Positions 12,090-26,074 of a stretch of 64,000 nucleotides of DNA are shown in pieces. The position numbers and the translations under genes were made by a program. The notes below the pieces were generated by a model that saw only the letters and a program-made list of their open reading frames with translations, was not told the origin of the DNA and searched no databases. Where the stretch lies: assembly GCF_963921235.1 (NCBI RefSeq), contig NC_086108.1, forward strand, positions 35,218,001 to 35,282,000. Direction: 5' to 3'. Each line of letters begins with the position of its first letter. The first letter of the stretch is position 1. Source of the DNA: Mobula hypostoma. Its lineage: Eukaryota.

Positions 12090-12655
12090 ACCATATCAAA
12101 GTGACAATAGATATTGTGCACTATTTCCTAATCTTCAGGAGGCACTTCTCAATGAAGGCAGAGGTCGCTGATGAAACTCACCATTGCCTTCAGTACACAG
12201 CTACAGCCGGTGGCCACTTGCGAGAGAAAGTGTTTGAATATCAATACCTCAAACCTGGCACAGAACTTATTGTCTACTACCCTACCCTACCTTCTGTGTG
12301 CTTCTAGCACTCGGACCATCTATGACATGGACCTCAAACACCAGAAAGAACCCAGCACTCTTATCTCCACAAAATCCTCCAAATCCACAGGTAGGATAAG
12401 TGAAAAGAATGTCACTCCCCTCTTCAAGGACAACATCCCCAGTGTTGGGGTTCTTATTACATCCAATTGGCTCATTTGAGCAAGTCTTGTTATCCACATC
12501 TGACACCAGACTCCAAAATAGACACTATTTCCAGCTCTAACATGGAAAGTGCTGCTGGAGAAGACAGTTCTACACTGTTCTCAAAGCCTCCATGAAGCAA
12601 TGCAACTTTTGGAAATCCAGTTCGTGACCACTTAAGATGGAGAAGACACGTTGGG
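12090..12655 (+). mobile_element. Degenerate RTE-clade LINE ORF2 C-terminal fragment (zinc-finger end continues at ~14940-15075)
   Basis: Frameshifted remnants resembling ADEI.HRLQ..LRE.VF..L..TK..VY and PDTRLPK..F..L.HG. Confidence 0.6.
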
Positions 12656-14310
12656 TATAGAAACATAGAAAACCTACAGCACAATACAGGCCCTTCGGCC
12701 CACAATGCTGTGCCGAACATGTACTTACTTTCGAAATTACCTAGGGTTACTCATAGCCCTCTATTTTCCTAAGCTCCATGTACCTATCCAGGAGTCTCTT
12801 AAAAGACCCTGTGGTATCCGCCTCCACCACGGTCGCCAGCAACCCATTCCATGCACTCACCACACTCTGTGTAAAAAAACTTACCCCTGACATCTCCTCT
12901 GTACCTCCTTCCAAGCACCTTAAACCTGTGCCCTCTCGTGCTAGCCATTTCAGCCCTGGGAAAAAGCCTCTGATTATCCACACGATCAATGCCTCTCATC
13001 ATCTTATACACCTCAATCAGGTCATCTCTCGTCCTCCATCACTCCAAGGAAAAAAGGCCGAGTTCACTCAACCTGTTCTCATAAGGCATGCTCCCCAATG
13101 CAGGCAACATCCTTGTAAATCTCCTCTGCACCCTTTCTATGGCTTCCACATCCTTTCTATAGTGAGGTGACCAGAACTCAGCACAGTACTCCAAGTGGAG
13201 TCTGATCAGGGTCCTATATAGCTGCAACACTACCTCTCGGCTCCTAAACTCAACCCCGTGATTGATGAAGGCCAATGCACCGTATGCCTTCTTAACCACA
13301 GAGTCACCTATGCAGCAGCCTTGAGTGTCCTAGGGACTTGGACCCCAAGATCCCTCTGATCCTCCACACTGCCAAGAGTCTTACCATTAATACTATATTC
13401 TGTCATCATATTTGACCTACCAAAATTAATTAAATGCCTAATTTAACAGATTATTTTGCCTACACAAATACCCATTCCCCTTCATTATCTGCATAATCAT
13501 GTGCCAATTTAAGAGCCTCTGAACATCTCCATTGTTTTTGCTTCCACCAACACCCCTGATAGCACGTACCAGCCTAGCCAGAGTTTTATAAACCTGCAAT
13601 ATAACTTCCTAATGAACTCAATATTTCAACTAATTAAAGCAAGCATTCCATGTGCCATCTTTGCCACTCTATTAACCTGCACAGGCACTGTCAGGAGGTC
13701 ATGGACTTGGACCCCAGAATCCTTCTGTACATTCACATTGTTAAGAGTCTTGCTATTAACTGTACACTCATCCTTTGCATTTCATTTCCCAAAGTGCAAC
13801 ACCTCCCACTTGGCCAGATTAAACTAATTCTGCAATTATATCTCTATATCTGCAATAGATATGCACCCCACTATATCCTTTGCCAGTTTTTTCTACTATC
13901 CTCAGCACCACCAATATTTGTGTCATCTGTGAACTTACAAACTCACCCATCCATGGTTTCATCCAGGTCATTTATATATGTCACAGACAGCAGAGGTCCC
14001 AGTACAGATTTCTGTGGAGCATTACTGGTCATCCATCTCCAGCCAGAGTAAGTCCCATTGACTACTACCTTCTGAAATCTATGGACAAGCCAATTCTTAA
14101 TCCAAATGGCTGTGGTTCTAGCACCAACCCAACATTAGCCCAAGTCACTGTGAGTCCCATGCATCTAAAACTTCTTGCTGAGTATCCTATTAGAGGCTTT
14201 GTCAAACGCCTTACTAAAATCCATGTAGACACCATCCATGGCTCTACCTTCATTAACCACCTTCATCACCCACTCAAAAAACTGTCACGTTAGTAAGACA
14301 TAACTTGCTT
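12656..14310 (-). mobile_element. CR1 3' fragments (younger 12656-13430, older 13440-14310)
   Basis: ORFs 13039-13299, 12799-13011, 12747-12989; tail TAGAAACATAGAAA. Confidence 0.85.
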
Positions 14311-14327
14311 CACACTGGATTAAATCC

Positions 14328-14783
14328 CAACTTTTGGAAATCCAGTTTATGACCACTTAAGACGGAGAAGACGCATTGGGGGTGGAAACATAGAAAACCT
14401 ACAGCACAATACAGGTCCTTTGGCCCACAATGCTGTGCCGAACATGTACTTATTTTCGAAATTACCTCGGGTTACTCATAGCCCTCTATTTTTCTAAGCT
14501 CCGTGTACCCATCCAGGAGACCCTTAAAAGATCTTATCGTATCCACCACCACCACTTTTGCCAGCAGCCCATTCCAGGCACTCACCACTCTCTGCATAAA
14601 AAAACTTACCCTTGACATCTCCTCTGTACCTACTTCCAAGCACCTTAAAACCGTGCCCTCTTGTGTTAGCCATTTTAGCCCTTGGAAAAAGCCTCTGACT
14701 ATCCACACGATCAATGCCTCTCATCTTATACACCTCTATCAAGTCACCTCTCATCCTCCACTGCTCCAAGGAGAAAAGACCGA
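14328..14783 (-). mobile_element. Second copy of the RTE flank plus CR1 3' end seen at 12603-13061
   Basis: Direct alignment including ~55 bp of non-CR1 flank. Confidence 0.8.
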
Positions 14784-15498
14784 TCTACAGTTTCTGAGTA
14801 ACAGAGCATAGAAACATGTGAGGAGGACTGTAATAGACTTAATGAGATTTAGATTGGCTAGTGAAATGGTCAGGTAGTTGGGAAACTCGAGTCTCTTCAT
14901 TGGGAGCACGCAGAGGCCCAGCATAAATGCAGCCCAAACTACCCTCCCACTTGCTCCACTAGTCACCCTCTGCACCACCTGTGGCAGAGTCTGAGAGACC
15001 CATCTTGGTCTCATCAACTACCTTGGAACCCACAAAGCCAGAGAGAGGGATCAGGTCATCCTTGACTCCAAAGGGATAAACTCAGGTGAAGGCTGATACC
15101 TGTCAAGAGAGGGACACATCCCTGATGACTAACTCAGCTCATATTGGAAAAATGACCAATTGAGTGAGAAACACATGGACTACATATACCCATGGAACTA
15201 TGATGATAGAATCGTTTAAATAAAGCATTTAATTTGGATTAAAATAGCAATTCTGCATGAAATTGGTTGAAACATTTAGATATTTTTAGAATTGCTTATG
15301 ATGAAATCCATGACCACTGGACATGATTGAAAGCTCAATGAATATGCATGATTTCCCTTATGATTCCAATCACAGAGTTTGTCTTCACAAACCACCATGC
15401 CCAGTGTTGAAGAAGGGGAGGCATGTTGCCTTATTGGTGCCTTATCACACCATTGTGCTTCAGAGAAAAGAGTTAAAAGGAAAAACTCTCTAAGTAGG

Positions 15499-18400
15499 TG
15501 TCAGGAGATGTAAAGGAGGCAAAAGCAGAGCAACGGAGACAATTCAGCGATAAAATGATAGTTTAGTTTTAGTCTGCAAAAATAACAAGCCTTGAGGAGC
15601 CACAGAACAAGCGAGAACAGATACTAAATGCCACAGGCAACAAGGTAACTGCAGGCTATGAGCAACTGGTTGAGGCTGGCTGGCTCGATGAGTGAGCAAG
15701 GACTGTGGAGGAGAGTTGGGTTTAAATAGGCTTCAGGTGATCAAATGGAAATGAGCAACAGTTGTATCCTGTCAGCTGGATGGAAACTGGGAGGTGCCTG
15801 CTTGTGCAGGCCTGACAGGACCACTCCTTCCCCTTAATGGAGACAAAAATGGCCCAGGGCGATCTGGATGGAATTCCACAATGAGCAATGGATCCAAGAT
15901 AAAACTGAGACCTCTCCTCTGGGACGTTCCCTTCCCAGTTGACCACGTAGTGTACATCATATCGATGACAATGTGAATCCATCAATTAGTGAACCATATA
16001 CACTGGACCATCTTCCAGCATACAAAGTTACAGAGGTGCAAGCTCAATTGAGATGAGTGACCCATAGACACAGGCTTGAGACAGGACATGTGGAAGGTGG
16101 GTGTCATCCTGAGGGTAGGTGGCAACTGGAGATGGTAAGTAACTGGATTGATGTGATGGGTAATCTTGAAGAGAAAAATGAACCAGGGCAAGAGCTTGCC
16201 GGAGTCAATGCACAGGGGCAGATCTTGGGTAGACAACCAGACAAAGTCCCTTGGATGGAATAGTCTTGCTGAGCACTGCCAGTGGTTGGTGTGACAGCTG
16301 TAGGTGTGGTTGCAGCTAGGATGGCCCTCCATGCCTTCTTCCAAGCACCCTGCCAGTGGCGAACCAGGGCCCTGGTGACACAGGACCTCCACCACTGGTT
16401 TCTCCACAGGAAACAAAGGGGTTAGTAGCCATGAAGCTCTTCAAAAGGTGATAAACCCGTGGCAGAGAAGTTGTGTAGACTGTGGGACAACTCAGCCCAG
16501 GGCTGATCCTTCTTTGAGGAAGGATTAGAGATGGTGAATCATTGGAGAACCTTCTCAATTTGCTCATTGGCTGTATCTGACAGCTGGTCTCTGAGGGGCA
16601 GAGGAGGGAGCAGAAGGCTCACCAGAAATGAGTGACGAATTGTGTGGCCCCGGCAAACAGTGGAGGTGAACTATAGAAAGTGCACATTGCTGAGGTGAAC
16701 TATAGGAAGTGTTGGAGAACCAGGTCTTCTGTCTCAGTGGCTGGTGGAAGTTTGGGAAGGGTAATGAAATGAGGAGTCTTGGAGAACCAGTCCGGCACTG
16801 CCATGATCACTATGGCCCTTTGGAAAGTGGCAAACCCTGTGAAATCCGTGGTGATGTGGGACCACAGGTGTCGAGGGACCAATAGGATACCAGAGGGCCG
16901 CTGGCTGGAGGATGGGCCTGGGCACATTGACCAGTAGGCAATGGCGACCTGCATCATGGTAGGCCACCAGAACCGGTGTCACAGAAAACCCAGAGTCCAT
17001 TGTGTGTCTGGATGGCCAGAGAGGGGTGAGGAGTGGGTTCCCTGGAGTGCCACAGAGTGCACGGTCGTCAAGTGTGTTGGCCAGAGCAGGCTTGTGCTGT
17101 AGGGCCCGGCCGATCAGGTTCTTAAGAACCAGAGAAAGTATGATCCGCAGCAGCAGACCAGGAGTTATCTGTGAGGTAGGAGATTTGGTAAGGGAGATGA
17201 GAGGAGCAGTAATTTAGCTGAAGCTGTTGATGATTGGCAGTAGAAGTTGAACAGGCCCAAAAAGCTCTGCAGCTGTTGGAGGGAGCACAGTTGGGGCCAT
17301 TCAACGACGCCGCGCAATTTCTCTGAGTCAGTGGCTATGCCTTGGGGTGAAAGGACATAACCCAGGAAGGAAATGACTGGGGTGTGTGAACTGGCATTCT
17401 TCTAACTTGCAGTACAGTTGGTTTTCGAGGAGATTGTAAAGGACTAAATGGGCATGAAAGATGTGGCCTTGGGGGTCGTTGAGAAAGATGAAGATGCCTT
17501 CGAGGTAGACTAACACATACCTGTGTAGCATGCTACGGAGTATCTTGTTAATGAAAGCTTGGAAAATTGCTGGACTGTGTAACGTCTGAAAGGCATCACC
17601 AAATATTCAGTAGTGTCCGGTGGGTGTTATGAATGCCATCTTACGATCGTCCCCCTGGCAGATAGGAATCAGGTTGTACACACCCCGTAGATGCAGTTTG
17701 GTGAAGATCTGGGCTCTGTGGAGTGTTTCAAATGCACTATCCATCAAGGAGAGAGGATAACGGTTCCTAATACTGATTTTGTTCAATCCAGGGTCGTTGA
17801 TGCAGGGATGGAGGCCCCCATCTTTCTTTTTGACAAAGAAGAATCCTGCACCGGCTGAGTAGTGAGATGATAAAGTAACGCCATGCTGTATCTCTTCAGT
17901 GATATAGTCATTCACGGCTTCTATCTCAGGAAGGGAGATGGAAAACAGATGACCTCAGAAGGCGTGGTGTCCAGGAGGAGATCAATCGCACAGTCATGTA
18001 GTCTGTGAGGTGGCAAGGAGCTGGTTTCCCTTCTACTGGTGTTCCTGTGGGAGATTGGTCAGGTCGAGGGTTTCCTCCATTTCCTCAGATTTACAGCGTG
18101 AAGTCAACCGAGGGTGCAGGCAGGTGAGTCCCAAATTAAGCAGTGAACTGGAGGACCAGGGAAAGTGAGGGCTGTGAGTGGAGAGCCAGGGGTAGTCCAA
18201 GATGGGGGAAGTGTTGGGTGAGGTGATAAAGAGGGAGTAGGTGGACTTGTGGTTCTCTCCAGTGTCCACGTGCACAGCTGTGTGCATGCTCTGACCTTCC
18301 CAGACTCCAAGGGATGTCCGTCAATGGCCTTGATGTGGAAGGGGGGAGTGATTGGTTCAGTAGTGAGTCCAAGCTGCACACACACAGTTCAGTCAGAAAG

Positions 18401-19757
18401 TTGCCTGCTGTGCCAGAATCCACCGGAGCCTCCTGTGTACACAGAACTATCAGGGATGTGGGGGAGGAAGGCGACAGTGAGTCGGGCTATGGTGTTGGAA
18501 CAAGGGGCCGGGGGATCTTACCAGATAGAAGGCCCCTCCTCTCTACCTGGTGGTGCTGTTTCCTGGATGCAGTGGGCATCTGTTGCATGGGTGATGGGCT
18601 GTTCTGCAGTAAGCACATCAGTTGTTTCTCCACCAACGCTCACACTCTTGGGGTTAAGGGAACTCTCCCTAACTGCATGGGTTCTGTGTTCATTGCTGAT
18701 GAGGGTCCTGCAGCTTGAATTGGTTCTGGGAATGGAACTGGGGTTCTGGCTGGTGATCTGGAGGGTCGTTCCATAAGACACTATTCAATATGGAGGGCCA
18801 GAGTGATGAGGCTTTCGAGGTTGCTGGGCATCTCCCAGGTAGACAGCTCATCTTTCAAGCACTCCGAGAAGCTGTGACGGTAATGTGCCAGCAGACCTTC
18901 CGCATTCCAGCTGCACTCTGCTGCAGGGGTCTGGAATTTCTCAGTGTAATCCAGCACCAAACGTGAGGCTTAACGCAGGCACAGTATCCAAACCACTGCC
19001 TCCCTTCCACTTCCCAGCTGGTTGAAAACATGGTACAAATCAGTGGTGAATTCCTCAGATTTATTGCAACCGGTAGTTTTATTGTCCCAGTTAATAGTAG
19101 CCCAGGTGAGAGCTCGCCCAGTCATGAAAGAGATGACGAAGGCAATCTTGGCTCAGTCCATAGAGTACAGAGGTGGCTGGAGCTCAAACTGGGACAGGAA
19201 ATTGCGGCATCGGGCTGGGGATCCATTGAAGCATTCGGGCACCAGCATCTGGTGTTCTGGCGGAGGAAGTTGACTGGCATGGGGTTGCTGTACTGAGATG
19301 GAAGGTTGGTTGAGAGTGGCGAGCAGATGGTCAATGGTTTGCAGCTGCTTCTGGAACGTGCCCTCGTGTTGGTGGATGACACCCTCTCGCTGAGCAAACT
19401 CCGCTGGGTCAACCATCGGCTTACCCATCCTCTCAGGGAATGTCGAGGAGGCTTGACCCAAAAGCAGAGCAGTGGAGATGATTCAGCAACGAACAACAAC
19501 TTTATTAATAGACTGTGAAAATAACAAGCTATCGGGAGCCAAAAAATGAGAGAGAACAAATGCTAAACACCACAGGCAACAAGGTAACTGAAGGCTACGA
19601 GCAACCAGTTGGGGCTGGCTGATTCGATGGGAAAACCAGGACTGTGGATGAGAGCTGGGTTTAAATAGGCTGCAGGTGATGAACTGGAATCAAGTGGTAA
19701 AATAACTCCTGTTAACTGGGTGAAAACTGTGAGGTGCCTGCTTGTGCAGGCCTGGCA
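15499..19757 (-). mobile_element. Ty3/Gypsy chromovirus-type (sushi-like) LTR retrotransposon, decayed and internally deleted
   Basis: LTRs at 15499-15817 (TGTCAGG..CCTGACA) and ~19431-19757; TSD GTAGG (15494-15498, 19758-19762); polypurine tract next to 15818; gag (PECFNGSPARCRNFLSQ), protease (DSGTAGNF), RT (AGFFFVKKKDGGLHPCIN, VYLEGIFIF), integrase (WSHITTDF..DWFSK), chromodomain (YVVNWEGNVPEERS). Confidence 0.92.
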
Positions 19758-19857
19758 GTAGGGGCATATACAGGGCGGCTGCTGTGTATGTTGTATCAAA
19801 CAATTCTGACAAAACAAACAACCTTTTATCCATTGAATAATTCAGTAACATGGTGGA

Positions 19858-20330
19858 GTGCACACAAAACGCTGGAGGGACGCAAACAGTCAGGGAGCAT
19901 TCGTGGAAATAAACAAACAGTTGACATTTTGGACCAAAACCCTCCTTCAGGACTGAAAAGGAAGGAGGAACATGTCAGAATGAAAAGGTGGGGGGAGGGG
20001 AAGGAGGACTAGCCAGAAGGTGGTAGGTGAATCTGAGTGTGTGAGAAAGGTAAAGGGCTGGAGAAGAAGGATCTACCATGAAAGGAAAGTTGACCATAGA
20101 AGAAAGGGAAGGAGAAGAGGACCCGGGGGAAGTGACAGTCAGGTGAGAAAAGTTAGGAGGCGAGAGTGGGAATAGAAGTGGGGAGGGGGAGGGAAATTTT
20201 TTTAACTGGAAGGAGAAATCGATATTCATGCCATCAGGTTGGAGGCTACACAGACAAAATATAAGGTGTCACTCCTTCACCCTGGCACAAGAGGAGGCCG
20301 TAGACTGACATATTGGAATGGGAATGTGAG
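19858..20330 (-). mobile_element. PLE 3' fragment (GIY-YIG end, UTR, degenerate hammerhead); a further tail copy at ~20545-20635
   Basis: Homologous to 693-1232; extends past GGAGGCTACACAGACAAAATATAAGGTG. Confidence 0.75.
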
Positions 20331-22139
20331 GAGACAGATGTGGAAGCCAGATCTGGAACAAGATGGTGACAAAGGCAAGCTCCCAGGAAGGATATACGGC
20401 TGTGAAGGGCAGCAGAGATCACAGCAAGGGAGCAGTGAGAGAGGTCTTCACTGAACTCCTGTGGAAGAGAAGATTTAAACTTCTTCAGGGTAGGCATCCC
20501 TTGAAGAGTCTTCTCAGAGGAGCAGCAGATCAAAAACAATGCTTGAAAAAAGATGTTGGAAATCCAAAGCAAAGCACACACAAACTGCTAGAGGAACTCA
20601 GCAGGTCAGGCAGCATCCATGGAATGCCTGATTAAAAAGACATTGGCCAAATATGTTTCAGACCATAGACGTTCATTTATTTGCACTCTTTGATTCATTT
20701 GTTTGGGCACTTAAAAGCTAAATAATGAGGATTTTGTTTCTTATTGTTTCTATATAAATGGAAGGAAAGAAATTTACTACCCACCCTTGCTCTGTGTTTG
20801 AAAGGAGAAGCAAACATGCTCTCTTCATGAGGAAATGCCAACATTTCAGTTCTTGCTGCATTACTGTAGCCATGTGCATTTATTCAATACAATGTTATTA
20901 CTGTATATATGCTGTTGTTTTGTAAGTCTCATCCACACATGCTGTGGAACTGTGGGTTAGAGGATCTCAGGCTGCAAGCCCAAATGTGGCAGCCATACGG
21001 AGATTAATTTATATGAGCTTTAAGTAATGTAGCTGAACCTTATATGATCTGTGGCTTGCTGATTTTGTTGGTTCTTCTGGTGATAAGTTCTTTTGGATTT
21101 GCTCTGTGAACAGATGGGCAGATGGGTATGAGCAGCCCTGGAGCCTCAGCAGCTATTCATGACCCCGCATGGCTGTCTCTTCCTGTTACCTCTTAATGCC
21201 TTTGGTTAACAAGAGTGCCTCCATCCCAGATGTAAAATGAATAACAGACCCCTTTTCAGAGGGCACATCAGGATTCCCATGATGCATCAGTATTCAAAGA
21301 CCCAGCAGTAAGTTTGAGGCTGCAATCCACTGTCTGTCCTGATGTTCTTCACACTTTATTCCTATGCTCTTGTACCCTGCTGCATCTGCTGGTCCTGCTT
21401 CCTCTGATGTTGCCAATGCTTCTGCTGTGATAAAGCAGGACTTGCAGGAAACCCGAAGACTAAATCATATTTAGCTCCAGTCACTTCATTACACAGAGCT
21501 AATTCCACTTCCATTTTTTTTAAAAGAGTAACTGTCTTTACGCTTTTGCCGTTGACACTCGACCTGTGTGATCAGGAATACTATGGTCATTGGGCTAATG
21601 GTGATAGAGTACAAGAGTTTGAATTAGGAACGAAGGGAGACCATTTAACCCATTGAGCCTGCTCCACTATTCAGTAACGTCAGGGCTGATCTGACTGCAA
21701 GCTCAATTTCATATGACTGCCCTACATAATAGCCTTCCAACCCTTGCTCGTCTTAAACATATTCAAAGACCACTATACTTTAAGGAAGAGAATTCCACAG
21801 ACTCACAGAGAGAAAAAAAATTGACCTCACCTTTGTCTCTGTGGGCCACTCCGAGTTCTTGATTCTCCCACAAAAAGAAACGTGCTCTCCACCCCACCTA
21901 TTCCTGATTTGCAGCATGGCTTCACTCAAAGCTTGCAGCTGAACACGAGGACATTTTCAAACGCGGCTAATTGAATTTCCCCACGAGGGAAGAAGTGCAC
22001 GGTGCAGATGTGCCACTCTAACAAGCCAACTGTGAATTTACACAGCATAGTGTTGCCTAGATGATGTAATTGTTGTTAATGTTTGTTGGAACGACAGTGA
22101 GATCTTAGTTGATACACGAACACAAAAGAAACCACAGTG

Positions 22140-22315
22140 AACCCATTACTTTTTTTGCACTACTCATTTAATTTGCTATATATATATATATATATATAAG
22201 TATAGCTAACGTCATTCACAGTTTTTACATTATTATGTATTACATTATACTGCTGCTGCATAAACAACAAATTTCATGACATGGGCTGGTGATATTAAAC
22301 CTGATTCTGATTCTG
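22140..22315 (+). mobile_element. Rex1/Babar-type LINE 3'UTR with (TA)n and (GATTCT)n tail
   Basis: TACTGCTGCTGC..AACAACAAATTTCATGAC..AAACCTGATTCTGATTCT; same tail as at 41003 and 45285. Confidence 0.65.
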
Positions 22316-23214
22316 CAATATAACATTTCTGAGGATCAAACATTTTATTAATAAGAGGTCATATTTATTGACCGGTGTCATTCATTTCTAAGTATGGAAA
22401 GAAATGCACAGTCTTTATGCTCCACTTGAAAATTAGTAGAGGATAATGATCTCGGCAATTAAGCCTGACTTTTGAATGATGCACAAGTATCCTGTCCTGG
22501 CACCTTTTAGTTCTCATCTTTTCATTGTGTTCTGAGCACTGGAAGACTGGTTTCCTTTGGAGATGTTTTGTTGTGGTCTACCCTAGTCCTTTGTGCTCCC
22601 ATGTTGAGAAACAGTGCAATACCAATGTGATTGCTCACTAGTGTGGCCCCAAAAGGAATTGCATGTGCTGAACAGTGACAAATGACTTTCCCCTCAGTAT
22701 AAATCTTTCCTTTTCTCCGAGGCCAAATTAAGCAGCAAGTTGTGGAAGGAGCCACTCAATCATGGCTGAGTGTTTTTAGAAGGATGCCAGCCATTCACAT
22801 CATTAGTCATCTAACAATTTCCTAATTATTTCACTCAGGAACTCCATGGCCTAAACCTTCTGTATTGGAAAGAGGTGAAATACCTTGCAAGTTGCTTTTT
22901 AATGCCGCTTTTATTTAAATTGCTGAGCATTTTCTTCATGCATAACTGCAAGCTGTTGATTAGTAAGATTAGCACAACTGTTGTGTTCTCAGATATTTGA
23001 AACAGAGACCTATTGCCCAGAAGGAGAATGGTGTATAACTGTAGTCTTCATATAATAAGAAGGATGCCGTGACATGGCGTAGGAGGCAGGCGAAGGAAGA
23101 TAAATCACAAGAACATATCAAAGCTAGGAGAAAATAATTAATGGGAAATGCTGAAAGGGGTTGAGGCTCCTTTCTTTCAAAAAGAAATGCTTAGAACTAC
23201 AACGAAAGTCAATA

Positions 23215-23695
23215 TGGAATGAAGGGATTAACATATGAGGAGCTTTTGGCAGCTTTGGGCCTATACTCACTGGAATTTTGAAGAATGAGGGGGGGAAACT
23301 CAATGAAACCTACCAAATGTTGAAAGGACTAGATAGGATGGACATGGAGAAGTTGTCTCCTATGGTGGGGGTATCGAGAACTGGAGGCACAGCCTCAAAA
23401 CTGAGGGGTGACCTTTTAGAACAGGGGTAAGGAGGAATTTTTTTTTTTAGCTACAGAGTAGTGAATCTGTGGAATGCTCTGCCACAGACCGAGGTGGAGG
23501 CCAAGTCCATGGGTATACTTAAGGCGGAAGCTGAAAGTTTCCTGATCGGACAGGGCATCAAAGGATATGGCGAGAAGGCAGGTGTATGGGGGTTGAGTGG
23601 GATCTAGGATCAGCCATGATGGAATGGCGGAGAAGACTCGATGGACTGAATGGCCTAATTCTGCTCCTATGCCTTATCGTCTTATAGTCTTAAGT
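23215..23695 (+). mobile_element. CR1 3' end
   Basis: GLYSLEF..MRG.L remnant and 3'UTR GAATGGCCTAATTCTGCTCCTAT. Confidence 0.85.
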
Positions 23696-24259
23696 GCGAC
23701 ATAGGAGTAGGTCACATTGTTGTCTGTTCTGTAATTCATTTCTCTGGAGGAATAATACAAGTAGAGAACAATTACTGATGCTCCTGTACGGCAACGTTTG
23801 GGGCTATCGACTGCGGGTGTATTTCCAGTAGTAAAGGTAATGAAAGTCTTCTTAGGATAGAAATACAGAAGTAGTTTTCATGTTTGCAGAGTCCAAACTT
23901 AAATGGCACATTGATGGTCACTGGTAAATCGAATGGAGAACTTGAGGGATCCTTTACTCAAAGTGTGGCAAGAATGTGCGAAGTGCAACCACTTGATGAC
24001 ATTGAAGCGGAGGGGAGAGGTGCAGGTGGAGGAGGGAAACACAATGTGGAGAAATGAATGGAAGCATCTACTGATAGGAAGGGGTGGAAATGGAGGAATA
24101 GGAGGAGGCTTGAGAGGAAGAATAAGCTTTCGCTGGACCAGATGACATGTTTCTCTGCTGCCAACTTGTAACTTGAGGGAATCCTCAGGCAGAACATATA
24201 CTAGGAAATTATTTGATGATTCAGGAAGTGGCACGATTGGAATATATTACACCCTAAGT

Positions 24260-25620
24260 TGATTGACAGCTTTCACGTGGACAGAATATTTCCGCTTGCG
24301 GGAGAACCTAGAATGAATTAGTCATAGAATCACAAATTGATACAGCAGGAAAACAGGCCCTTCAGCCCATCTCCTGTGTGGACCCATTTACAATAATCCT
24401 GCGTTAATCCTTTTTTTTCACTCTCCGCACAAACTCATCAACTCATGTCAGGAAGGATGAAGTGTTGAGAGATATTGGTAAACATTAAGGTGGAAGGTGT
24501 GTAAATCCCCAGGGTCTGATGTGACCTATCAAAGGACACTAGGTTAAGCAGTTGAGGAGATTGCTGGGTCTCTCACAGAGCTTTGTTCAACACATGTGAG
24601 GAAAGCTCATATTGTTCCCCTATTCAAAAAAGGGATAAACCAGGACATTACAAGGAGTGAGCTTTGCATCAATACTAAGAAAATTATTGGAAGCAAATTC
24701 TAAGAAAAAGGTTTTTGTTTATGAAAATGCAGAAACTGATTAGGAGTCAATGGGGTTTTGTGCAAGGCAAAGCCTGTCTCACAAATCTGATAGAGTTTTT
24801 GAAAATTGATGATAATACAGTAAATGTGGTTTATGTGGACTTTAGAAAGGCTTTTGGCAGAGTCCCACGTACAGGTCTGCAAAGTCTCAATCCAGAAGAT
24901 TAGGACGCAAAATGTGTCAGAACACTGGATTCAAAACTGGCTCAGTAATAAGAGGCAGAGCATAGTGATCAAGGGATATTTTTCTTACTGGAGATCAGTA
25001 ACTAGATGGTGTACCACAGGGTTAATGCTGGGACCAGATACTTGGATACGAATGCAGGTGAACTGATCAGTATGTTTGTTGACGAAACAAAAATTTTTGG
25101 AGGAGTAAATAGAAAGAAGAGTTTGAAAGGATACAAAGCGATACCAATCAGTTGGAAAATTGGGTGGAATGGTGGCAGATGAAATTTAATCCAGACAATT
25201 TTGAGTTAAAGCATTCTGAATATCAAATATTAACATGATATATAGAGTAAATGCTAGGGTCTTCAGGTTAGTTGATGTACAGATGGACTTGGTACATAGC
25301 TCCCTGAGCGAGGCAACATAACTAAGTGGATGGTGAAGAAGGCTTTGGCGAGTTTCCCTTCAGAGGCTGAAGTTTGAGTATAAGAGATGGGATGTTGTGT
25401 TGCAGATGTACAAAATACCAGGTAGGATGCACTTAGTGTATCGTGAGGAGTTCTGGGCGCCAAATAACAGGAAAGATCTGGTAGCATTAGAAAGGTTTCT
25501 GAAGAGATTTGCTCCCAGGCTGTTGTGTGGTAAGAAGAGCTGTACTTACAAAGAGGAATTGGATAGGCTGAGTTTATTCTCACTGGAATATCACTTATAT
25601 AGAAGTCTGAGTGAGTGGCT
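24260..25620 (+). mobile_element. Highly degenerate CR1 ORF2
   Basis: SQWGFVQGKACLTNLIEF, VYVDFRKAF, WIQNWLS remnants. Confidence 0.8.
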
Positions 25621-26074
25621 AAGACAACAACAGCAAAGCAAGCCATTTTCAAAGCACTTTATACAGTGCTTCACGGGAACATTAGAGTAAAGACCATCAC
25701 AACCATATTAGGTCAGAGGAGTGAAAATATGCTCAGGAAGGCATATTTTAAAGTCTGACTTTAAGGAGGAACTAGAATAGAGAGGTAAGCATTTTGTGTA
25801 GTGGCAATGTTGTTAGCAAAGCTATCATTAGATGACATCCACTAGCTCATAGAAGTGATGTTGCACTTGGTCCACTTACCAGTCTTGATGACCCTCAGCA
25901 TTTCAGTCCAAAGGTGAGAGTTAGTTTTCTCTCAACCAATGATGGTGTCTCAGCAGGTTCTGGAACATTCAAATTAGTTGCTAACGTTGAGGACGACAGA
26001 TTGATTGCACTGTGAATTGTGATATCCACCACTTTTGATATGCATATTATCAGAAAGAAACAATAGTCATTGTG

